Source: Paraphysomonas bandaiensis (taxonomy: Eukaryota; Protista; Chrysophyceae). Taken from it: 64,000 bases of DNA. A program made the translations under genes and the position numbers. Below are positions 49,989 through 62,247 of the stretch, in pieces. Positions within the stretch are counted from its first letter, which is position 1. The number at the start of each line of letters is the position of its first letter. The stretch lies in assembly GCA_965644295.1 (NCBI GenBank), contig CBFFRP010000386.1:48922-112921 (forward strand), given 5' to 3'. The notes beneath the pieces were generated by a model, which saw only the letters and a list, made by a program, of their open reading frames with translations, did not search any database and was not told the origin of the DNA.

Positions 49989-51560
49989 TTATACATCAAG
50001 TAACACGGTGTCCCGTTTTCGTAATTTATCTTCATTATTCCTTTCTTTTGTCAATCTTCTTCTTCTTTCTGCTTCCCATTCATCAATAAGGTCAAGTCTG
50101 GCATTCTCACATGAATGTATGGTTAGAGTGGTCGAAACCAAGCCTATTAGTACCCCTTTAGGACGACATTTATAGGGAGTGAGTACCAACCCATAGGAAA
50201 ACGCCTCGACAGCTGGACTGCCCTCCTTAGCTCGTTGAACTCATAATGTCTCCATGCGTGGTGAAACAACACTGACGATCCTAAGCCTTCATCTACCTGA
50301 ATGAAATATATATGAACCTCTTCAGTATGGACACGAGCAATATAGATAGTTCACGGTTATGATGCGAAACTCCATATAAAGTATGTTTACTACACTACGA
50401 CAACTACTGAAAAACGAATCACCTCTAGACGTCCAAGCTGAAATAAAAAATGGGGGTTCGGAGATACAGATGTTCTCACAGCTTGCAAATAAACATAGGC
50501 ATCCAGTAAGGAGATCTTTCTAACAGCCACGAAATAGGCCAATATTAACGTCGGAGCTCGGCTACTGCCTGAACTACAGTGTACATACACCTACATTGCT
50601 TATCAATATGACACAGCTATTATAACTTTACATTTCTACCTTTCCCTTTACTTTAGCAACTCTTTGAAAGAATGAATTTGACTTCTTGAACCGCGAGCCA
50701 ATGTCTTCAACTTCAGTGTCTCGAACTGGTATCCGAAGATATACAAATTTATCAGCATGAAAGTTTTGTACCTATGCACGAAAATGACAAGTACGTACAG
50801 AACAGCCTGAAAAATTACAACTCACGTCTCGCGTAACATTCAGAACGTGGGTAATTCCCAGGCTGAGTAGATACCCTTGATTAGATGCATACTCTTTGTT
50901 TCCCAAGAACATCCACGGAAGCACCTTGGTTACCGGTTCGCGCTTGATTTTTCCGCTCTTCATCCACACAGAAATAGCAAGACGATAGCGCTGCAAAGGA
51001 GAAAGAGGTACGTGAGAAGCTTTGCTGTTGCGCTGAAACGTAATTTTCTTCTCTTTCATCTCTAGAGCCCGCTGCTTGAACTCCGCAGTGGTAATATCCT
51101 CATCATCACCGCTATCCATCTCTACAGGTTGAGTACCCTCTTCTTCCACTGACACTTCATCAGCATTGCCTTTGACCAGTGCTTCTTCGAGCTTCGACAT
51201 CTGCGCAGTTTGTTGTTTTCTCCGTCTCTCAAGTTCCTCCTCCACCTGCATCTCTCGCAGATACGTCTTCCGAATTCGTAACAAATCCTCAATGCTGGGC
51301 GCAGTATCCCTTCTATGTTTCTTTTCAAACGAAGTACACTTCCTTTCCTTTCGACGAAGTTGAGTAACATGCGGGTTCATAGGCACGTTTGTGGCTGCAG
51401 GAACATTCTCTGCGCTCCAGTCCAGCAACTCCAAACTACCAGGGGCGTACCTGTCTCTGTGTCTCTTCTTTGGACCACGCATAACATGAACACCTTCACT
51501 GGATGGATGAATGGGAGCTGGTCGGTACTTTAATCGGACGAAAGAGACAGAGTTCTCCAT
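49989..51560 (-). CDS. Dual-specificity protein phosphatase
   Basis: VLPWMFLGN..LGITHVLNVT..IPVRD..VYVHCSSGSSRAPTLILAY..VSPNPHFLFQL. Confidence 0.9.
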
Positions 51561-52080
51561 AGTTAACACACCTCTATAGATTCAGACTGCATGCTCTATC
51601 ATATCACAGTACTGGACTCTCTACAACTAACTTATGCATGAAAATGGATCGAAAAGAGCAAAAGTGGAACCATTGACAAATAATTTTGCACTGGCTGATA
51701 ATTAACTCACACCCCTCTGTCAGTTTATATGTATGTCAGTTTAACTCACACCTTCATGCATACAGGACTGGGCGGGTCTCTGTGTATACTCTGTATGATA
51801 ATTATCCCAATTTAATAATATGTCCGTTATTTCCCTTTATTCAAACCAAGATTCTGAAAACCCTTATTTTAAAGACATAAAATACGAAAATATGGGACTT
51901 TGAGCGGAAAAGGCGATGCACCAAGTCGGTCGGTGGTATCCCGTATGCCGTACACAGCAGTGTGCATCTCCAGTGATATACATGTACACGTACATGCGTC
52001 TCCAAGTCTCCTCCCTCATATAATCATAGCGATCATATCCGACTATGGAACTGCACCTATAATCAACCTTATCCTCCAAT

Positions 52081-54498
52081 ATGAAGGCGACCACGATGTT
52101 ACTGTGTGTGGTGGCAGTCTGTGTAGTGTTTCTACTGGCAGTGGTGTTTCATGTCCCCTCTACGGGGCCCTCTATATCACATGACAGCGCTGCTGATATA
52201 GATCGTATGGTTCGGCTCATACAACTACAGAACGAGACCATATCTGCGCTTAGTAGTCATGTCACATCCTCTGGTAAAGCAGATGTGAATGATTTACTGC
52301 AATTGCTTAAAGATAAAGATGCGGAAATTGAACGGTTAACTGCTATAGCCGCTCATCGACCCTCTCAGCCCTCAACACATACCCCTTCTGTTGCCCTTTC
52401 ATCACAGCGGTCGGGGCCGTTATCAGTCCCACCAAGCACTATGGAGGCGTCTTGTGAGGCCAGATTCGGCATGCAGTTGGTGGATGATTGGCGAGCGTCT
52501 AAACAAGAGTGGTGTGTCACAGAGAATGGAGCTCCGATGGAGTCTAAGTTGTTATGCTACCCCCACAAGCAGCACCACAAGGCCAGCCCTGACATGTTCT
52601 GTGAGGCTACCAATTTTATTATAGACTTTTCAAAGGTAGTTCCCGTTATTTACGTACTGTGCCATGGTCTCAGGGTTATGTATGTAAGATATCCGGTCAA
52701 CATGGGACGAAAAAGCCTACCAGGGGTGATCAGTATCTTTCTTTTCGCGATGAAAGCCTCTTATCGCCTTGCAAGAAAACAGATCGATACAAGCCACACC
52801 TGTTTATGCCACATCACAGGCTTCAGGTTCGCGTTTTCCAAGTGTTTCAGAATCTTATATTCAACTGTATTACCTTGTCAGATGGCTCGCTTCACCTCTG
52901 GAGTTAGTAACCCCACATACGATATCACGCACGAACCACCAACTTATCTTCTAGCGAGAGATGAGGACTGCGAGAATTCATTTCACAGCACTGCTGACTT
53001 TGTAAGTCTCATATGATCCCATCTAAAGCATTATCTGTCCATGCTTTTTATTTGTATATTTGTTTAGTGTGAACCAGAATTGAGCTTACATTCTGTATTA
53101 CTTTGAGCTTATCTTAGTCATTTTTAGATGAATATGTTTCTGGTACAGTCCGCATTGGGACTTAATCCGCATGACGTGCAAGTTGTCCTGTTTGACAAGT
53201 GGGTTCTAAATGTTCACTTGTTAATATCCCCTAATGTGTCCCAGGCACACAGACGGCCCCTACTATGATCTTATTCACCGTGCCTATGGGCCCAACCACC
53301 CAATCCTTCGGCACACGGACTTTAACAATAAGAAGGTAGAAATAATTCTTTTCATTAAGGAGTTTCAAGAATATATGCTATCAGGTGCTTTTCAAGCGAT
53401 TAGTGTTTCACCTGGAGTCTCCGGCTGGTCTCATATTCCCTAAGGTATCTTACAACTGCCGGGTTTTCTTGTCCCAATGTTGTTGCTGTATAGGTTGCGA
53501 ATCCTGATCCTCTTCGCTGTGTGTCGACGAGTCTGTTTCAGGCGTACAGGAAGCATGTATTACGGGTGTGAATATTTCATCTGCAGTGTTTGTGTCTGGT
53601 ATCATATAACTTTGCATTCCAGTCTTTTGATTTGTGGGACGTTCCGCCTCCACCGATTCCTTCTATTACCTTATCACTAAGACACAGAACACCGGCTGTG
53701 AGTTTGTTTGCTATATATGCACACTCTTTAGTATATATGTTGTAGAAAAATGTCGGGAGGATTATGGCCAATGAAGAGGAGGTGTCAAACGTCTTAAGAT
53801 CTATTGATATGGCGCATGTACAGGTAATAAGTTCTTACGATTGAGAGACTGATGATCAAATGCTGTGTAGATCGTCGACACAGCGAAGATGTCATTTTAT
53901 GACCAGCTAAAGCTGATCCGTAATACTAATATACTGGTGGGCATTCATGGAGCGGGGCTGATGTTCATTATGTTTGCTGCCGAGGAGGTAAGTGGTTGTG
54001 CGCATTTGTACTCTGTGTCACAGTTATTCTACTCAGGCCATCTTGGTTGAAATCCACCCCTCTTATAGACAAGATAGACACTTTCGTCACGCATCCAGAA
54101 TGACGAACAAGGTGCAAATTTGTTTTGTACCCCTCATTTGTAACTTGCCAACACTGCTTGTGCTGAACGCTAATATTTTTGTTGCCAGATATACATGCCT
54201 CTTAGGGCAACGGCAAGGGAGACGTGCCAAGGATCATCTGATAATGTGGTTGTGCCAATAGAAGAGTTCAAGCGCACAATAGATGGCGCTGTTCGCATAG
54301 CCAGGTGCGACTCCTGTAGTTAAGCTTATTTGGCGATGTGTTGACAACTCGATATACAGATCTTTCGATGATGGTTTGTCCGAATGTGGTATGACTTGCA
54401 ATCCTGGGTTATTGGCTTTGGATAAGCGCCTTGACCCGTACTATAAAAAGGGTACAAAGCGGTCACCCCCGATAAACACAAGATTTCCGTGTGGGTAG
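52081..54498 (+). CDS. GT61 family (EOGT-like) type II membrane glycosyltransferase, many short introns
   Basis: N-terminal TM anchor, ENSFHSTADF, SFYDQLKLIRNTNILVGIHGAGLMFIMF, LVEIHP. Confidence 0.85.
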
Positions 54499-55597
54499 TG
54501 CATTAGTGTGTGGGAGAGGGTGAGGTGGATATTGGGTGCAGTGTGTAAATGTATGAGTGACTGTGCTCCATCACGTAGGTATTGTCGCTGGACCAGATTT
54601 GTGGCATGATTTTAGTATTTGAATGTCAAAGTTATTAAATTATAATATGAGTGTGTTAGGTAGTCTCTGTTGGAATACGTATGTTTCCCTATGATAGAAT
54701 TACGGTAATACGTAGTCAAAATACTGTATAGCAATTTCGCTGTGAAACTGAAGTATCATGACGATTCAAGGTACGGAACTTTATCAGAATGCTAAAGTTA
54801 TGTTGGAAATGTCACACCTGTGTATCAGGGACTGATAACTACAAACCAATATAATATATTTACTACAATATATCTCGTCTGACGACTTAGCATTTTTTCT
54901 AAACAATCTAAGTGATAAAATGAGAAAAAGTCAACAGTCTCGCGCAGATTCGACGCTTTGTTGTTAAACTGCTTTTGATGATAGAACATCACCACGAATT
55001 GAAGTGCGTGAAAACAAACTGTATGGAAAACACATCAGAGGTAAATTAGCACGTCTTAATCAGCAAACTCGTTACTGCAGCATGAAGCACTTGCATGCCA
55101 CAACCAATAAGGTTGTTCAGTAGAGCTAAGATTGTTATGATGGATTTCCGCAAGAGTATAACTCCTCGGCATTTGATGTTTCTACACATGTACCGTCGCC
55201 TCTGGAATGAATGACTTTTGAGGCAGCTATATTGGCAGCTAATGTAGTTTAGTATTAAATAATTGCAATTAACTGTCAATTAATTGCTACGCAGCCCTGG
55301 AGGTTATGGTCATCATAGTGGTAACTAGTTATAGTTATAGTTATATCTATGTTATACATAACCACAGGTAATAATGAAATTATATTGCCAAGAGCTCGAA
55401 ATTTTGAAAAGAGGGCAAAAGCCCTTATATATTGTAGCTTATCCTTCTTAATAATATTATGATGTTGGAAGCCTGTTATATCTAGAATATATTGCTTTCT
55501 GTAGTTTACTTGTTGTTATAGGAAATAGGTGCTTCCTGATTAAATTAAGAAAAAGACTGAGTGCCACTGCACAAAGTCATCTATACATTCATACCAG

Positions 55598-56185
55598 CAG
55601 GGCCTGGTAACCATTTATGGCCCAACAATGGTAGTCCAGTTCCCGGCAATTATAATGGCCATTAATTGCCATTAATACCTAAGTAGATAATACCGCGCAT
55701 AATACATATAATGTGGTACTCCCTTCATTACTCATTTTTAGTGTAAAAAGAGACTACGATTCGTAACCACTTCTCGCACTCCACTGGCACATCAGGATCT
55801 TGCAGGGCTTTATGGAGGGCATAAGCAAACCGAAACATGTCATTGAACTTTTTATGAAAGTTCTCTGGAGGTGAAATATTTTCAATGCTTTTTGAGATGA
55901 GTGCGTTGTTATGTTGTATTTTCTCAGGAGATTATTTTCAGAAAACTTATAGCATTAAGTAGTATGCCGCTGATAATGAATAAAGTTGCCACAAAGTAGC
56001 TGTAGAGTTGCGTGAATCATGAATTAGTTTAGATTTCACTTAGTTCTAGATAATATAGTATATGTCATATATCAAGTGCCACTGCCAGTGCCATTAATGG
56101 TTAATAGTATATTGATGGTAGTCCAGTTTCTTTTTATAATGGCACTACCATTAATACCATTACCATAAACGGTTACCAGGCTTTG
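55598..56185. mobile_element. hAT-like MITE
   Basis: TIRs CAGGGCCTGGTAACCATTTATGG / CCATAAACGGTTACCAGGCTTTG; partial relatives at ~16558-16700 and inverted at ~46300-46503. TSD not flush with the left end. Confidence 0.6.
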
Positions 56186-56766
56186 ATCTATACACTATAC
56201 TGTATCAGATGATGTGGTATATCTGGTATATGAACTCTCAAGTAATATTTTTTGAAGTATTGTGTTCGAAGTATGAATATCTATCACTTGCACTATCATC
56301 ATTTTGATCTTCTACATCAGATGTAGGATAGAATATAACTTGGAGCTTGGAGTGTTTGATGATTTGATTTGAATGTTAACATCATTGTGGTGGGATCTAT
56401 TATTGGACCTAGTCAATTACTGTCTATTTAGGATAAGAAATATATATTATACATGGTGAGGATGCAACGCAATCGACACTTCCATTTGAATGCCTTCTAT
56501 TGCACTTGTCCGTAGTTGTGGACATTCAATACCAATGTAATACTCTAGCTATATTTAGATTACTGTTTTAATTATTCCAAATCCTGCGACACAAATCTAA
56601 TACACGATAGCACAAGTCATTGTACCCATATTGTTAATTTTTCCACTTAGTAATAATATATCGTATATCGCACATATACATCACGATTTCAATTGAACAA
56701 TTGTTATATATTGTGCAGCTCTGCATTAAACATCTAAACCTGAGGCACAGCTTCTCAATTGCTGTT

Positions 56767-57357
56767 TTATATAACTCCCGGGTTGCGAGTTTGTACCATT
56801 TCGTTCTCAGGGTCGAAGCTGGTATCAGCAACCACGGTGGTGTGCACGAGACGGTCATAGTGCTCATACTCAATCTTTATTTCGTGAAGATAGCGATATA
56901 TATTGTGAATTTGTAGATTGCTAAGCACAGCACATGCAGTATATACGAACAACGGTACAACCACAGAAATAGCCCGGTACCCGCATGTCGTGTTGCCACA
57001 CTGGTACTGCATTTCAGATGTCACCCCCTCCAAGAATTGAAGGTCGTAAATACAACAACTAAAATAGCGTACAGAAGGAGCAGAAAACAGGAACACAAGT
57101 ATAAAGCCCGCACCAGACCCCATCATCAGAGTCATCACTGCACACTTAATCAGTGTGTCTGATAAATTCTTACTCGCTCCTACAAGTAAAGAGACCACTG
57201 ATCCTAACTGAACCACAACAAAGTATGCATAAATGACGATCATAGAGATGGAAAAGGGCTCTTCATAGTGATAATCAAAAGGCACAAACGCAAATGAGAA
57301 AACCACTAAAAGCGACAGATATCTGGCTGTTCTTGTTACTCTTGAATTGTCAGGCAT
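56767..57357 (-). CDS. Hypothetical 4-TM membrane protein
   Basis: Single ORF with four hydrophobic segments; no family recognised. Confidence 0.55.
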   Translation of the reverse strand: MPDNSRVTRTARYLSLLVVFSFAFVPFDYHYEEPFSISMIVIYAYFVVVQLGSVVSLLVGASKNLSDTLIKCAVMTLMMGSGAGFILVFLFSAPSVRYFSCCIYDLQFLEGVTSEMQYQCGNTTCGYRAISVVVPLFVYTACAVLSNLQIHNIYRYLHEIKIEYEHYDRLVHTTVVADTSFDPENEMVQTRNPGVI

Positions 57358-57900
57358 TCTCACAGGTAAGGTGCTAGCTTAGTCTTCTGTTTTCATGATG
57401 TATGAGTGGTAAGAGTGTGTTGCTTGTAACACTTGTAGCTATAGACCACAGGAGACTATGCCTTGCTATGGGTGTTCTGTCTGTAGGAATCACTCCATCC
57501 TTCTTCTGCCACGACTATATGCGATATACTGCTGTACTGTACATATATACACAGTACAAGTGCATAGGTACACATTCCGTACTACCCGTACGACATACAG
57601 CAGTAGTATATACAACAGCAGTACTGCATTACTGAAACAAGCATTTTTTGTAAAAATCATATTTTCGAATGCGAAAACTGGGTTTTGGTTTTGTAAAACG
57701 TGGTTTTGGTTGTATCGCAAACACTCTATTGATGTACAGTGCAGGAGGCTGCATTATAGTTGAAGTTCCCTCTGTTTGAATGTCGTCATTTTTTAGAGGT
57801 GGTTTACATATATATATATAACAGTTAAGATGTGCGTACATAGTGTCCTGACAGCAATATATTTTACCCTCCTATTTTGTGGTATACCACTAGATTAGTC

Positions 57901-59760
57901 ATGTCATCTGAGAAGCGCTTGATAATATTCATGACATTATTGCGGTCCTGCGCGGGTTTTGAACAACTAGACACAACGGCGTGTCAACCATACGACCGTG
58001 ACTACTGTAATAATAGAGGATACTGTGACTCGAATGGAAACGGCTGTGAGTGTGATGATTACCTCCACTACTGGCCCTCTGAGCAGTGTTCTATATGGCA
58101 TAGTGGGCGGGAGCTTGAGTCCGGGCAGTACTGCTACCCTGGTACTGTAGACTATTATTGTAGTTGGTTAGGGAATTGCACCGAAGATGGGATGAGTTGC
58201 GATTGTTTTGACTCAGAGCATCGTACCTCGGTCGATAGGTGTTTGGAGTGGTACTCAGTGATTTCGCCTGCGACGGCTGCGCCCTCTATTGTACCGGCCA
58301 CACTAGCCCCCACTGCAGTGAATGCCAAATGCAGCTCGGGCGACCGTGACTACTGTAATAATAGAGGGTACTGTGACTCGAATGGAAACGGCTGTGAGTG
58401 TGATGATTACCTCCACTACTGGCCCTCTGAGCAGTGTTCTATATGGCATAGTGGGCGGGAGCTTGAGTCCGGGCAGTACTGCTACCCTGGTACTGTAGAC
58501 TATTATTGTAGTTGGTTAGGAACCTGCACCGAAGATGGGATGAGTTGCGATTGTTTTGACTCAGAGCATCGTACCTCGGTCGATAGGTGTTTGGAGTGGT
58601 ATATCACGGTTCCTACACCGTCTCCCTCGTTTGTCCCGCCCAGTTTACCACCCGATTCTGCTGCCCACACACTGACTCCAACATCTCTAATGCCGACACC
58701 GATGTTGCGGCCAACAAATACCCCATCTGTGGTCCTTAATCAAAACTGTTTTCCGGGCGACCGTGACTACTGTAATAATAGAGGATACTGTGACTCGAAT
58801 GGAAACGGCTGTGAGTGTGATGATTACCTCCACTACTGGCCCTCTGAGCAGTGTTCTATATGGCATAGTGGGCGGGAGCTTGAGTCCGGGCAGTACTGCT
58901 ACCCTGGTACTGTAGACTATTATTGTAGTTGGTTAGGAACCTGCACCGAAGATGGGATGAGTTGCGATTGTTTTGACTCAGAGCATCGTACCTCGGCCGA
59001 TAGGTGCGCTATATGGTCACCTGCACCTCCTATATCATCCCCTGCTCCCACGAACTTATCGTGCTTTCCCGGAGACCGATACTTCTGCAGTAATCGAGGC
59101 TACTGTAATGATGAAGGAAGCATGTGTGTGTGCGATGATCCTCTTCACTTCTGGTCCTCCGACAGATGCGAAAATTTTCATTTTGGACCGGAGCTTGATT
59201 CACTCCAGTGCTGCTTTCCGAATTCGACGGACTTTTATTGTAGCTGGCTAGGTTCATGTGATGAAAATGGTACTCACTGCTTGTGTGATGACCCTGACCA
59301 CCGTCTTCCATCTGAGCGCTGTGAGAACTGGCACGCTGAAGTAAATCGTACCCCTTCCTATTCAACTTGCCCACCATACATCGACATTGAGGAGGTCATC
59401 GTTGCGTCAACTTCCAATGGAAATACCAACAATCCTTTCAGTTACATGCCTCTTATTGTGGGAGGTATATGTTTATTAGTCCTTTCTGCTGCATTTTTGG
59501 TGTACAGATGTAAAAGCGGTGCGCATCAGTCGCCTGATACGGCAAAGTCTTCATCTTTTTCTTCTTCTTCAGTACAAGTGGAAGATGATGGGTTTTCTCT
59601 CACTACTATATTTCCATCAATATCACCTCGTGTGAAAGCCATGTTATCATCTCCCCGTATACTACAAAGGGCATCCTATGGTTCTATTATTCTAGGAACT
59701 GGACCACCTTCGGAGGAATTTATGGAGCTCACTGAAGAAAATGCTTCCGTGGAACTTTGA
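57901..59760 (+). CDS. Type I membrane protein with four Cys-rich double EGF-like repeats and Pro/Thr linkers
   Basis: Signal-like N-terminus, CNNRGYC..CECDD..C and CSWLGTC..CDCFD..C modules, TM LIVGGICLLVLSAAFLVY. Confidence 0.85.
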   Translation: MSSEKRLIIFMTLLRSCAGFEQLDTTACQPYDRDYCNNRGYCDSNGNGCECDDYLHYWPSEQCSIWHSGRELESGQYCYPGTVDYYCSWLGNCTEDGMSCDCFDSEHRTSVDRCLEWYSVISPATAAPSIVPATLAPTAVNAKCSSGDRDYCNNRGYCDSNGNGCECDDYLHYWPSEQCSIWHSGRELESGQYCYPGTVDYYCSWLGTCTEDGMSCDCFDSEHRTSVDRCLEWYITVPTPSPSFVPPSLPPDSAAHTLTPTSLMPTPMLRPTNTPSVVLNQNCFPGDRDYCNNRGYCDSNGNGCECDDYLHYWPSEQCSIWHSGRELESGQYCYPGTVDYYCSWLGTCTEDGMSCDCFDSEHRTSADRCAIWSPAPPISSPAPTNLSCFPGDRYFCSNRGYCNDEGSMCVCDDPLHFWSSDRCENFHFGPELDSLQCCFPNSTDFYCSWLGSCDENGTHCLCDDPDHRLPSERCENWHAEVNRTPSYSTCPPYIDIEEVIVASTSNGNTNNPFSYMPLIVGGICLLVLSAAFLVYRCKSGAHQSPDTAKSSSFSSSSVQVEDDGFSLTTIFPSISPRVKAMLSSPRILQRASYGSIILGTGPPSEEFMELTEENASVEL

Positions 59761-60915
59761 TTTCTATGGAAGTCGTTCATAGTACCGTCTTAGTAATAGA
59801 ACATTGGTTATCTATTTATAAATGTTTATCGAATATGTAAAAATCTATTAATAATACAAAATACAAAAGATATACTCTTCTTTAATATATGAGGTGAATT
59901 TTGAGGTAGAGTAGGTTTCTATCGAAATGAGTAAACCTATCCTTAACACAGTTAAAATGGAAATATGGATTAATATTTTACTAGTATACATGGATCAGTG
60001 TCAGGGAACAATATATTATACGTTAATATTAGAATAGTACTAAAATACATTAACTAGTGGAAGCTAACTTCCAATACCATGGCAAGAACTATCTAGCCCT
60101 AATCTATGAGGAATCTGTCGAATTCAAAAACGAGGACTCCAAACAAGTAATAGTTGTACTTCTCATTGACAATAATATACATTTGGACTTACTCTGTAAG
60201 TATGGAACTCGATTGTACTCATTCGACGGGATCTACCTAATACGTTCTCTCCACAACATCCCACTAAGTAAGCACACCAGAATGAGTACTAATTATGTTG
60301 TTATGTCATAATTTAAGATAAAGGTAGAGTACATATCGTCCTTGTTACCGATTGTGATATGTGGTAGTGTATGCATGTCGTGCAGTACTCCTCATACTTA
60401 GGATGGGATGAGACTGCATGTAGACAATTTCATTATTCCAATGCTCGAACACATGATTGATATAAGGGCCAATCCAAAATTTATTGTTTCTCCTTCTTAA
60501 TATATTTTCATTATGAACTTCTGCTATAATAGATCTTATGCTTGCAATGCTATCGTATCGGCAGTTAGTATAATATTAGGAATTCCTACATGATATTGAT
60601 AGCATTGCATGTGGGGTTATGGTTGTACTGAGAGCTGGAGAGAGATGCATAAACTCATAAAAAACAAACAAAATGATAGGTACGAGCTGAAAATTCCAGG
60701 TTTTCACATCCTAAAATTCGAGAAAAAGACGATCAGTAGGAGCAGCAGAGAGGTAAAACTAAAACTGAAAACTTGTGACTTTTCAAGCTCATGGGTGAGG
60801 TAGCAGTGGAGTGGAGGAGAGAAAGTATGTGAGTTTCAATGAAGTGTGCTGAATTAATAACCAGAGTCAGCAATAATTAATTAATTACCTGGCTTGTCAG
60901 ACCGAATAGTGCATA

Positions 60916-61560
60916 ATGGTAAGTGTCTTATGGTCGTGGTGTATTGCCGCTTTATTATGATGTTGTACTTTTTGTAGCCGACCACTTTGCACAAGAACAG
61001 AAAGAAGAGGGGTCATGTCTCTGCTGGACATGGTAGAATTGGCAAGCACCGTTGCCACCCTGGAGGTCGTGGTAACGCTGGTGGCCAGCACCACCACCGT
61101 ATCTTGATGGATAAGTTCCACCCTGGTTATTTCGGAAAGGTAAGCCATTGTGATTTGACTTGTATTGCTGTAATAGTCCCTACAGGTCGGTATGAGAAGG
61201 TTCCACTACAAGGGTAACCCAGATTTCTGCCGCGGAGTCAACGTTGATAGACTTTGGAGCATGATGCCCGAGGGTGTTTACGAGCAAGCTAAGGCTTCTT
61301 CTTCGAACACTGCCCCTGTGATCGATGTGACTAAGTTGGTAAGTTCCATTTCAAATCTCTTGTCAAGGATAATCTCGAAATAGGGATACTTTAAGGTACT
61401 CGGAAAGGGTGCCCTTCCCTCCATCCCTCTTGTGGTGAAGGCCAAGTTTTTTACGAAGGAGGTGCGTTTTGTTATATCGCAAGTGTTATTATTCTGATGT
61501 CTCGTGTAGGCCGAGAAGAAGATCAAGAAAGCCGGTGGTGCTTGCCTCCTTACTGCTTAG
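60916..61560 (+). CDS. RPL27A: 60S ribosomal protein L27a (uL15)
   Basis: ATG-only first exon; [53 protein letters not shown]. Confidence 0.98.
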
Positions 61561-62247
61561 ACATTGACTGTGTACATTGCGGTAATAATATTATTCGGGT
61601 CTGACTATTACAAATACCAGTGGTGGTAGTTGCCGATATTGGCATTTCTTGGGTGTTAGTAAAAGTAGAGTTCAGGCAAGCAGTTATTAAACGGTTCATT
61701 TTTTTTAACTGAAAGAGCCCTACGTATCTCGCTCCTTCATATTTGCAGAGTTTTAAGAATTGTGATTTAGAGATCTTGCAGACGACATTTATTCTTTACA
61801 CTTTTACTCCTGCTTCGTACCTTGTTGTACTGTTGCATTTAATTCACCCATTACTATAGCTATACAGCAGTCCATACGTCTGATACAATTGCCGAGTATG
61901 AAGCGCTTTGCTTGTACTCGATACTATTTTAAATCGCAAAGAGCAAAGAAAGTAGGTGTCGCCAACTAGTCATCTACTAATATTAGGAGTCATTGATTCA
62001 CGTATATCTCTTAACGCGTGAATACAACACACATATACAATGAAATACCAAATAGACTGAATAATTACCAAACTATACATGATACGCGACTGTACAAGAT
62101 ACGCACATGTGTGTGGTGCTAACGCTCTGCTCAAACGTGTCTTGCTATTATACTATTAGGCCTTATCGTTCAATCTTTATCTCTAATAATATCAAGTATA
62201 TTCTTACTAAATATTAAGACTAACCTTAAATCTTATTTTGGCAGCGG

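Noticed and set aside
57993-59007. Repeat-spacer pattern as a CRISPR-like array
   Set aside because: These are 261-bp in-frame protein repeats in a eukaryotic gene; no cas genes are present.
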